From UHGV virus genome UHGV-0701411: 18,002 nt of DNA; one strand, written 5' to 3'. Source of the DNA: a virus. Made by a program: the position numbers and the translations under genes. Positions within the stretch are counted from its first letter, which is position 1. The number at the start of each line of letters is the position of its first letter. Below the pieces are notes generated by a model. That model was not told the origin of the DNA. It did no database searches and worked only from the letters and a program-made list of their open reading frames with translations. Below are positions 1 through 7,107 of the stretch, one piece after another.

Positions 1-333
1 GCAAACAACTTTAAGCCAATGTGCGATGCGCTGAATATGGCCCGTGCCGAGATGGGGAAAACGACGCAGCAACACCACTACACAAACGAGAGCAATATGA
101 TTTCTCGTATCGTTCTTGGTGGGCTAACTGCTAAGCAGTGGGCGCGGATAAATGGCTATTCTGGCGAACCTCGCGACCATATGAACGCAGAACAGCTTGA
201 GCACCTCTCATATCTCGAAAGCACCAATATCACGTTAATTGATATGGGCATGGAATATGAGCAGCGCAAAGGAGAACTCACCCGCCTGTCGCAACGCTGG
301 CTCGCCAAGCGTCTGGAGGCGCTCAATGTCTAA
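1..333 (+). CDS. Hypothetical small protein conserved in P4-like islands (possibly Ash-family); start may be at ATG 19 or upstream of the window
   Basis: Open frame runs from position 1 with no stop; first ATG at 19 has no obvious SD. Stop TAA at 331-333. Stop overlaps the start of the next ORF (ATG 326), typical of coupled phage operons. Family name is from memory of the protein sequence only. Confidence 0.5.
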   Translation, partial: ANNFKPMCDALNMARAEMGKTTQQHHYTNESNMISRIVLGGLTAKQWARINGYSGEPRDHMNAEQLEHLSYLESTNITLIDMGMEYEQRKGELTRLSQRWLAKRLEALNV

Positions 334-508
334 GCCAACAGGAATACCACAACCACAAAAACGCTACAAAGATGCCCACGGAGCACTCGTTACTGTCGAA
401 AGCGTGTCTCACAACCGAGTGACGTTTTATCGCGACGGGTATCAATCGCCATGCGTACAACCGCTGGCACGTTTCATGAAGGAGTTCGCGGAGGTTAACA
501 AATGCTAA
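326..508 (+). CDS. Small protein, DUF4222-like (60 aa, MSKPTGIPQPQKRYKDAHGALVTVESV...)
   Basis: ATG at 326 overlaps the upstream stop. Short, charged protein resembling the small DUF4222-type proteins found next to primases in P4-like prophages (recalled, not searched). Confidence 0.55.
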   Translation: MSKPTGIPQPQKRYKDAHGALVTVESVSHNRVTFYRDGYQSPCVQPLARFMKEFAEVNKC

Positions 509-1163
509 CCGCCCAGAAGAAGATATTTTCACTGGCTGGTATATCGCCAAAATCCAGCAATATGACAGCAAAGTCTGGCATTAATACAGCAGATACAAGC
601 AAAGTTTATCATTTTCTGGTGGTAGGAGCGGATGCCTTAACTATGTCAGAAATTACGGTCGATGGTGTTAGCATTGAGAAGGTCAGCGGCTGCGCCAGAG
701 AATTTCTGGTCGTAGATGGCTTTCTCTGCTCGTGTAGTGACTCCACAAAAACCTTCGTCCACGCGCGTGACGTTAACGAAATGAGCGCGATGTACTGTGC
801 ATCTGGTGCTTCCAATAGTGAGTTTTCGGAGTCCATAAAAAAGAGCTTGCCGTTATGCGGCAACACGGTTTATGGTTATAAGGCACCTCATAAAACGGGT
901 GCCGGGATTGGCGTCCTGAAAATTCTGAAGGCGACATATGACGCGCCGAGCGTCTTTTTTTATGTCGTAGGTCTGACTCACCCATTTTTTGGGCGTTGGT
1001 GTATAATCCAGCGCCTTTGTCAATCAATGGTGGCTCAGGCGGGGGCTTCTTCGGAAGCGCCGGTATCCTTCAGAGCCGGTTACGCCAACCCTGTCTGGGC
1101 TACCACCAGCGAAATTGGCGTTTCCGGTGGTAGCGTAACCTGCTATCTGAAGGAGGCTGCCAC

Positions 1164-1358
1164 ATGCTGGCTACTACCCCTACCCAAAAAACGCAATTTA
1201 TCTGGATTATCGCCGCAGTTCGCCGCGATTGCCCGACAATTACCGCCAAAATTCATCATATTGCTGCCGAGTCTGAACGCGATGCTCGCCGTTCTCTGGT
1301 GCGCGATCACATCTGCTTTTTTGCTGGTCGTATCCGCATGGAGGTGGCACATGATTAA
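1164..1358 (+). CDS. Hypothetical small protein (64 aa)
   Basis: Strong SD AAGGAGG 7 nt upstream of ATG 1164. Stop TAA 1356-1358 overlaps the next start (ATG 1351). Confidence 0.6.
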   Translation: MLATTPTQKTQFIWIIAAVRRDCPTITAKIHHIAAESERDARRSLVRDHICFFAGRIRMEVAHD

Positions 1359-1569
1359 AACCTACGATGTGCATATGGACCCCCTCGAACGCACAAGCCA
1401 GATCATCACACTGACAGAAGTGATTAATGACATTCTGGTGAGCAACTCTCCCTCACGAGACGAAAAACTGAAGGCGTTACTCGCGATATTGGACCTCGCC
1501 GTTCGTGACGTTCATTTCCTGCTGGAAGGTGGACAAATGCCATGCAAAACGGGGGCAACCAATGAATAA
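1351..1569 (+). CDS. Hypothetical small protein (72 aa, MIKTYDVHMDPLERTSQIITLTEVINDIL...)
   Basis: SD GGAGGTGG directly upstream of ATG 1351. It is the in-frame 3' part of the long ORF 502..1569 but has its own RBS. Coupled to neighbours by overlapping stop/start. Confidence 0.5.
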   Translation: MIKTYDVHMDPLERTSQIITLTEVINDILVSNSPSRDEKLKALLAILDLAVRDVHFLLEGGQMPCKTGATNE

Positions 1570-1756
1570 CTCAATTAATACCCATCGCCTTACGTCCGCA
1601 CTTCAATTAATCGAGCAAGCAGCGGCTATCCTGGTTGCTGTCAGTCTTTCGGCTGAAGAAATGGACGCTGCTGATGTCGTGGATGCGATTAAAGCGTGCT
1701 CATCTTTGGTTAACGATGCCCGTGCAGAGCTGGTAATTCTTGGTGGTGAAAAATGA
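1562..1756 (+). CDS. Hypothetical small protein (64 aa, MNNSINTHRLTSALQLIEQAAAILVAV...)
   Basis: ATG 1562 overlaps the upstream stop (1567-1569), with a G-rich stretch upstream. Internal start of track ORF 1505..1756. Confidence 0.5.
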   Translation: MNNSINTHRLTSALQLIEQAAAILVAVSLSAEEMDAADVVDAIKACSSLVNDARAELVILGGEK

Positions 1757-2016
1757 ATATCAACTTAATTTATCGTCATCCGTGTGAGCTGGAAATTGAA
1801 TCATTGCTGGGGCGCGAAGAGCCATATCCAGACACATTCACTCCCGCAGATTGCGCGACTGAACGGCTTACCAGAGCGCGCACAGGTCTGGTTCATGTGA
1901 TGAATGAGATTATTCCCTCGGTGGGAGGGGAACAGGCGACAGTAATCAATAGCTGGCTACAAAAAGTTACCTCCCTGATAGATATCAGTTTAATCGATGT
2001 GGAGAGTGCGAAATGA
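1753..2016 (+). CDS. Hypothetical small protein (87 aa)
   Basis: ATGA start/stop overlap with the upstream gene at 1753-1756; SD-like GGTGGTGA upstream. Confidence 0.55.
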   Translation: MNINLIYRHPCELEIESLLGREEPYPDTFTPADCATERLTRARTGLVHVMNEIIPSVGGEQATVINSWLQKVTSLIDISLIDVESAK

Positions 2017-2234
2017 CCAACATCCAGCTCATTGAAGCGCAATGTCGCATCGAACAGGTTCAGACTGTTTTAGGGTTCTGGCTTGAAGGGGCCAGCCCAA
2101 GCAACAGAGACAAGTTAATGATTGGCGCGGTTATGTCACTGCTCAATGGCGTACCAGAAGCTATTCAGGAAGCGGACGAATTGTTGGGCAAATATGAGTT
2201 ACAGAATCATTCAGGCGAGGCGAAACATGAATAA
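2013..2234 (+). CDS. Hypothetical small protein (73 aa)
   Basis: ATGA overlap at 2013-2016; SD-like GGAGAGTG upstream. Confidence 0.55.
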   Translation: MTNIQLIEAQCRIEQVQTVLGFWLEGASPSNRDKLMIGAVMSLLNGVPEAIQEADELLGKYELQNHSGEAKHE

Positions 2235-2829
2235 TTTCTTAACCTTCCATGCAGAAGCAACGCCTGACGGCGTAAACATCATGCACCGCAGCAACGATGG
2301 CATGACAGAACGCGTTGAGACCGTCTCATATATTGATGCCGTAAATCGTCTGGATGCCGGGGATTATGACGATAAACCAGATGAAGGCATGTTTATACAT
2401 CTCGCTATTGCCAGTGGCGGCAACCAGGGATATTTCGATTACACATCACAGCATCACGTGATTATGTGGCGCTGGCTGATAGCAACAGCATTCATCAATG
2501 AAATGAGAAAGGAAAACGGCACCGTCAGCATTATTGATGACAGTGGCAATCATTCCGTGGTTTCTGTTTATTCCAATGGCATCGTCGCCATGCCGCTGTA
2601 TCCAGTAGCAGAGCGCCTCGCTATGGCAAACAACATTGAGGGCGCAATGATCGAGAAATATGGTGTTGATGTCGGAACAAAGAATGCCATCATTTTTTAC
2701 AGCAACATGTTCGATGTCGAACAGGGAACACTCACTTCGTTTGGGCGAGAAGTGCTTGCCGATCTTCACAACAGCTTTATTGCCGAACTAAACGAAAACG
2801 GCATCCCAGAAGCACCAGTGACGCACTAA
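2227..2829 (+). CDS. Hypothetical protein (200 aa, MNNFLTFHAEATPDGVNIMHRSNDG...); alternative start 2122
   Basis: ATG 2227 overlaps the upstream stop (2232-2234), in line with the coupled operon. Last gene before the primase; no family recognised. Confidence 0.6.
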   Translation: MNNFLTFHAEATPDGVNIMHRSNDGMTERVETVSYIDAVNRLDAGDYDDKPDEGMFIHLAIASGGNQGYFDYTSQHHVIMWRWLIATAFINEMRKENGTVSIIDDSGNHSVVSVYSNGIVAMPLYPVAERLAMANNIEGAMIEKYGVDVGTKNAIIFYSNMFDVEQGTLTSFGREVLADLHNSFIAELNENGIPEAPVTH

Positions 2830-2841
2830 ACGGGGGCCAGA

Positions 2842-5193
2842 ATGCGAAACATTGATCTTATCCGTCAGGTTATCAGTGCGTCTGAAAACAACTGGCCTCA
2901 TGTGCTGGGCTGCCTGAACATAAATGTCCCTGACTCTCCGCGCCGTCATGCTCCCTGCCCTGCATGTGGGGGCAAAGATCGATTCCGGTTCGATGACAAC
3001 GGGCGCGGTAGCTTCATCTGTAATCAGTGCGGCGCTGGTGATGGGCTGGATTTAATTAAACGCGTAAATAACTGCGACACAACAGAGGCGGCGCTTCTTG
3101 CCGCTGATGTTCTGGGTATTGATTACCGGACAACGGAAACACCAGAAGCCACCAGCCAGAAACGGGAACAACTGGAAACCGAGCGCCAGCGACGCGAACA
3201 GGAGCGCCTGAAAAGGGCAGAGAAGGACGAACAACAAAGACGGGATACGTTTTCCCGTCAGTTTGATGACATGCGCAGAAAGGCTGTAAACGGCAAATCT
3301 GATTATCTGGTTGCGAAAGGGGTAGGTGATTTTACATTCCCCGTGTTGCCCGATGGATCTCTGTTGCTGGCGCTGGTGGATAAATCCGGCGCAGTCACAG
3401 CAGCACAGACTATTACCTCACATGGTGAAAAAAGACTCCTGACAGGTTCGGCAAAGCGGGGGGCATATCACGCCATAAACGCACAGAAACGACCTCACAG
3501 CATCATAATTGCTGAGGGGGTGGCTACCGCCCTGTCGTGCCATTTAATTCGCCCTGACGCAATGACAGTGGCAGCAATCGACGCTGGCAACCTGTTGCCA
3601 GTAGCGGAAGTCATGCGCAGAACATATCCACAGGCACAAATCATCATTGCCGCAGATAACGATCACCAGCAAGGAAACTCCGAAAGTGGAGGGATCAACA
3701 CGGGGAAAGATGCCGCAGAGAGGGCCGCTATTTCCGTAGCTGGCTGGGTGTCTCTGCCACCGACTGACTATAAAGCCGACTGGAACGACTATCACCAACA
3801 ACACGGGCTGGCGGCAGCCACAGCAGCATTTAAAGATTCGATGTACCAGCCACGGGGGAAAGGGGCGCAGGTGAAAAATCACAAACAGCCAGTCGGGGCG
3901 CTGAATGAGATCAGTTCTGGCGAGGTGTTAAGCGATGATGAAATTGCTGTCCTCGAAGAAATCAACCGGACGTTTACGCATGTCACCATTGGCGGGAAAC
4001 ACAAGGTGGTGTCGCTAAAGCCTTCTCAAACCGGCGGTGTATCGCACGTTTTCGAGGATTTATCACAATTTCAGCATTATTTTCATCATAAACCGAGAGT
4101 CGCCAGAAAGCTGGCGGGATCGGCGTGGCTGTCATGGAGTGGGAAGAACTACAAGCCAGGAGGCGTAGGATTTTATCCAGTACCAGGCAAATGCCCTGGC
4201 GATGTTTTTAATCTGTATGAGGGGCTGGCACTGGAACCAATTGAAGGAGATTGCACGGTATACCTTAATCACCTGTTGCAGGTTGTCTGTGCCGGTAATG
4301 AAGAGGCATACCAATATCTTATCCAGTGGATGGCGCACATTATCCAAAAGCCTGATGAAAAACCGTCCGTGGCAATCGTGATGAAATCTGTCCCGGGCAC
4401 AGGGAAAGGCACAACGGTTAAACCGCTGCTGCAAATACTGGGGCAGTACGCCGCCCACATTAACGGGGCGGGACATATTTCAGGGCGCTTCAATTCAATA
4501 CTTGCTAACAAGCTACTGGTATTTGCTGACGAAGTGACGATCCACAAGCCGTCTGAAGCTGACAGACTTAAAGCGATTATTAGCGAACCGACGTTTAACC
4601 TTGAGCGCAAGGGAATTGATGCTGAACCAATGCCGAATTTTGCCCGGTTGATATTTGCCAGTAACAGCACACAGGTATTACAGGCAGGGATAAGAGAGCG
4701 CCGCTATCTCGTGCTTGAGCCATCTCCTGAAAAAGCACAGAGCCGGGAGTATTTTGATCGGCTGTACAGTTGGCTTAATGATGGCGGTGCCGCAAAGTTG
4801 CTTTGGCATCTTAAAGGGGTGGATCTCTCAGGTTTTGACCCTCAACGAGCGCCACAGACCGATGCCTTACGTGAAGAAATCTTGCTGGGGCTGTCTGGCG
4901 TTGAATTGTTTCTTTATGGCGAGCTAATCAATGAACCTCCGTTTAATGGCGAAGTCCGTTTGTTTGCAAAGGATATGGTTAGTCGATTTGTAGCGTGGTC
5001 GCTTGAGCGTGGGGAAAAGCTTAAAGAGCCAGCAGCCAGATCACTACTGGGTAAATCACTTGCACAAATGGGGCTGGTGAAGCATGGAAGACCAGACCGA
5101 GGGAATGGCGTGTTCTACGAACTACCAGAGGTCGGAGTTCTACAGGCTGCGTTTGCCCGTCTGATCGGTATGGGGGGTTATGATGTTTTTTAA
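2842..5193 (+). CDS. P4 alpha-type bifunctional DNA primase/helicase (783 aa)
   Basis: N-terminal zinc ribbon CPACGG...CNQCG. Central TOPRIM-like segment (IIIAEGVATALS, AADND). C-terminal P-loop NTPase with Walker A VMKSVPGTGKGT and Walker B LLVFADEV. Architecture matches P4 alpha / D5-like primase-helicases. Confidence 0.93.
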   Translation: MRNIDLIRQVISASENNWPHVLGCLNINVPDSPRRHAPCPACGGKDRFRFDDNGRGSFICNQCGAGDGLDLIKRVNNCDTTEAALLAADVLGIDYRTTETPEATSQKREQLETERQRREQERLKRAEKDEQQRRDTFSRQFDDMRRKAVNGKSDYLVAKGVGDFTFPVLPDGSLLLALVDKSGAVTAAQTITSHGEKRLLTGSAKRGAYHAINAQKRPHSIIIAEGVATALSCHLIRPDAMTVAAIDAGNLLPVAEVMRRTYPQAQIIIAADNDHQQGNSESGGINTGKDAAERAAISVAGWVSLPPTDYKADWNDYHQQHGLAAATAAFKDSMYQPRGKGAQVKNHKQPVGALNEISSGEVLSDDEIAVLEEINRTFTHVTIGGKHKVVSLKPSQTGGVSHVFEDLSQFQHYFHHKPRVARKLAGSAWLSWSGKNYKPGGVGFYPVPGKCPGDVFNLYEGLALEPIEGDCTVYLNHLLQVVCAGNEEAYQYLIQWMAHIIQKPDEKPSVAIVMKSVPGTGKGTTVKPLLQILGQYAAHINGAGHISGRFNSILANKLLVFADEVTIHKPSEADRLKAIISEPTFNLERKGIDAEPMPNFARLIFASNSTQVLQAGIRERRYLVLEPSPEKAQSREYFDRLYSWLNDGGAAKLLWHLKGVDLSGFDPQRAPQTDALREEILLGLSGVELFLYGELINEPPFNGEVRLFAKDMVSRFVAWSLERGEKLKEPAARSLLGKSLAQMGLVKHGRPDRGNGVFYELPEVGVLQAAFARLIGMGGYDVF

Positions 5194-5223
5194 TATAGTC
5201 TTTTTACAAGAAGATCGCTTTTA

Positions 5224-5328
5224 CCTGTACCACCTATACCACTTTGCTAATTCAGTATTAAAAACAGTGCGTTATAGTGGTACAGGTCAATATCTTACCT
5301 ATACCAGACCTGTACCACCTATACCATT
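5224..5328. repeat. Iteron-like repeat cluster A: three copies of CCTGTACCAC(C)TATACC, two direct (5224-5242, 5309-5328) and one inverted (5271-5288)
   Basis: Read directly from sequence. Lies just 3' of the primase stop; candidate primase/replication-protein binding sites (ori/crr-like) or recombination sites. Confidence 0.6.
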
Positions 5329-5369
5329 AACAAACGCATTTCTTCTGGCTGGCTGAGAGGAAACAACCA

Positions 5370-5600
5370 ATGATGAGCACACCATTTTACAAAGTGCGCC
5401 AGTTAGCTTCTTCCTCTGGCTGGCAGCTACGGTTTGAGGGGCGTTCAGACTGGCTACCCATTGCGGCATGGGCGAATGTTGAAATGTGTATTGACGGCGA
5501 TACCGTTGAAATCATTATTCCCTGCGTGGCAAGTCGGGACGGCTGTATAGAGCCAACAGATATGGCAGCAGAAATCAGAGAGGTAAAACATGAACAATAA
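5370..5600 (+). CDS. Hypothetical protein (76 aa)
   Basis: SD AGAGGAAA 6 nt upstream of ATG 5370; overlaps the downstream gene start at 5590. Confidence 0.55.
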   Translation: MMSTPFYKVRQLASSSGWQLRFEGRSDWLPIAAWANVEMCIDGDTVEIIIPCVASRDGCIEPTDMAAEIREVKHEQ

Positions 5601-6327
5601 CTATTGCATACCGCAGGGAATGACCAGAACGGAGCGCGAAGAATTAAAAAGTTTCGCTACACAGTGCGGGAATGCTGGCGACATCCAAAGTCTGGAACGC
5701 ACTTTAATTATGATTGCGCACTGGATGCGCCAGGGGCAAAGAGTTTCATTTACTGAATATGCCAGCCAGTGGACAGAGGCACAGCGCGAACGGAGCGACG
5801 GTAATCACTCAACACCCGAAATGGCGAAGCAATGGCCTTTCAGTGGTAAACGCTGTATCAGTCCCGGTGGTTCAGATTATTACCCTGCTGGTGTGGGAGA
5901 TGAGCCATGTTGTGACGAGACTGAAATCCGCCACGCAGTGACAGTAATTACCGCTGAATACCCACAATTTAACCTTGACGGACTGGCGCTCCACAACCGG
6001 AATGCGGACTGGGAAAACCCGCTTGATAACCCGTCATTTATCGTATCGGCGAAAAGCTGCCTGAGATGGATCAGAGACAACGGGATGAGTAATGCCCAGA
6101 TTGAGAGCTTCCCGCAGGATAACCCCACATCTGACACGTTGAAGCATGAAGTGGAGCGATATAACCAGATAAACCACCAGCACAGTGATCACCCGCACTA
6201 TATCCCCAACGGAGCATTTATTGCGGCGATGGTGGCAAGCGGCTACAAGGTTAAGCCAGCGGGAAGAATGAACGCATTTTTCAATATTTCAAAAAAGGGA
6301 TTATGTGCTGCTATGGGTAAAAATTAA
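5590..6327 (+). CDS. Hypothetical protein (245 aa)
   Basis: ATG 5590 preceded by AGAGG; 11-nt overlap with the upstream ORF; no recognisable domain. Confidence 0.6.
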   Translation: MNNNYCIPQGMTRTEREELKSFATQCGNAGDIQSLERTLIMIAHWMRQGQRVSFTEYASQWTEAQRERSDGNHSTPEMAKQWPFSGKRCISPGGSDYYPAGVGDEPCCDETEIRHAVTVITAEYPQFNLDGLALHNRNADWENPLDNPSFIVSAKSCLRWIRDNGMSNAQIESFPQDNPTSDTLKHEVERYNQINHQHSDHPHYIPNGAFIAAMVASGYKVKPAGRMNAFFNISKKGLCAAMGKN

Positions 6328-6332
6328 ATAAA

Positions 6333-6437
6333 TGGTACAGGTCTGTACAGGTGGGGAGAGGTCATTTTTACCCACCTGTACCACCTGCAGGCCGCGCCAC
6401 ACAAGGGTTTGTGACATGGTGGTACAGGTGGTACAGC
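6333..6437. repeat. Iteron-like repeat cluster B: GGTACAGG / CCTGTACCACCT copies at 6333-6356, 6371-6391 and 6418-6437, partly arranged as an imperfect palindrome
   Basis: Same core motif as cluster A; together the clusters bracket the 5370..6327 module. Confidence 0.6.
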
Positions 6438-6801
6438 AAAAACAGCGATTTTCTTTATAAGGTATGTTTTGCTCATCTGGCAGACGGAGGTATTCGCTGC
6501 GGTTTGGCACATAGCCCAGAATAGCAAAGAGTTTTACGAGACTTTTGTAAAATCCAGTGTACAAGGGCGTGACGTTTTTGAAGGAGAGACCTACGAAATT
6601 TTCGTAGTTCAAAAAATAGCCTCTGAGATGTTGTTATGCCTGTTCAGCAAACCATCCGCATAGCTGATCGCGAATCAAATTACCAATGGAGCCAGAAGCA
6701 AGGGCAGAACTGAAAAGCTCACGCCATGAAGAATAATGCGACTCCATAAATATAGTTTTTAGAGTCCATAAAAAAACTGTCAAAACCTGACATACAGAAC
6801 G

Positions 6802-6835
6802 ATGCCACCAGCTACTGAACGGTGGCATTTTTTTG
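6802..6835 (+). terminator. Rho-independent terminator candidate (ATGCCACC-loop-GGTGGCAT followed by T7)
   Basis: 8-bp GC-rich stem, 11-nt loop, then TTTTTTTG on the + strand. Confidence 0.6.
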
Positions 6836-6854
6836 TGCTATTTGTTTCATATTT

Positions 6855-6916
6855 TGCAATCACAATGATGAATGTTGCGTTTTATGAAACTATAATAACT
6901 GTTGTTTTATACAGTT
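6855..6916 (+). promoter_or_regulatory. Putative promoter (-10 TATAAT at 6891-6896) with a LexA-box-like palindrome AACTGTTGTTTTATACAGTT (6897-6916)
   Basis: CTGT-N8-ACAG with an AT-rich spacer matches the E. coli SOS-box consensus CTGT-(AT)4-ACAG. It sits between the -10 and the RBS of the 6930 operon. The -35 is unclear. Confidence 0.4.
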
Positions 6917-6929
6917 CTAAGGGGGCGTT

Positions 6930-7103
6930 ATGGCTATTTCAGTAAAGCCAGTATTGATAAGTGAGAAGCAAATGGAAGCGATAAAGAAAATTCAGGAGGA
7001 GCAGCGTAAAAAATCAGAGGTAGGAGTTGCGCCAACGATCCACGAAATTGCTCGGGGATTAATGGATAAGGCGCTGGCTTACACTTTAACTGGACGTGGG
7101 TAA
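6930..7103 (+). CDS. Small protein (57 aa, MAISVKPVLISEKQMEAIKKIQEEQRKKSEVGVAPTIHEIARGLMDKALAYTLTGRG), possible ribbon-helix-helix fold
   Basis: Absent from the ORF track because it is short. SD AAGGGGG 4-5 nt upstream of ATG 6930; stop TAA at 7101-7103, 4 nt before the next start. The strand-helix-helix pattern is inferred from the sequence only. Confidence 0.45.
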   Translation: MAISVKPVLISEKQMEAIKKIQEEQRKKSEVGVAPTIHEIARGLMDKALAYTLTGRG

Positions 7104-7107
7104 ATCA

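Larger units (their letters stand above)
1..5193 (+). mobile_element. Replication/regulation operon of a P4-like satellite-type element (small coupled ORFs ending in alpha primase-helicase)
   Basis: Eight or more same-strand ORFs with overlapping stop/start codons, terminating in a P4 alpha-type primase. Confidence 0.6.

Noticed and set aside
502-1569. 355-aa ORF in the six-frame track as a single protein-coding gene
   Set aside because: No RBS at its start, atypical Cys/Ser-rich composition in the 5' part, and it is overlapped by two short ORFs with strong Shine-Dalgarno sequences (1164, 1351); only its 3' segment (1351..1569) is kept as a gene.
2213-2229. GGCGAGGCG matching the first 9 nt of the P2/P4 cos cohesive end
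   Set aside because: Match ends after 9 nt, lies inside a coding region, and lacks the rest of the conserved cos sequence; likely chance.
3052-4670. Minus-strand ORFs 3052..3237, 3544..3882, 4132..4476, 4269..4670
   Set aside because: All antisense to the primase-helicase gene, which has clear conserved motifs; Cys/His-rich artefactual translations.
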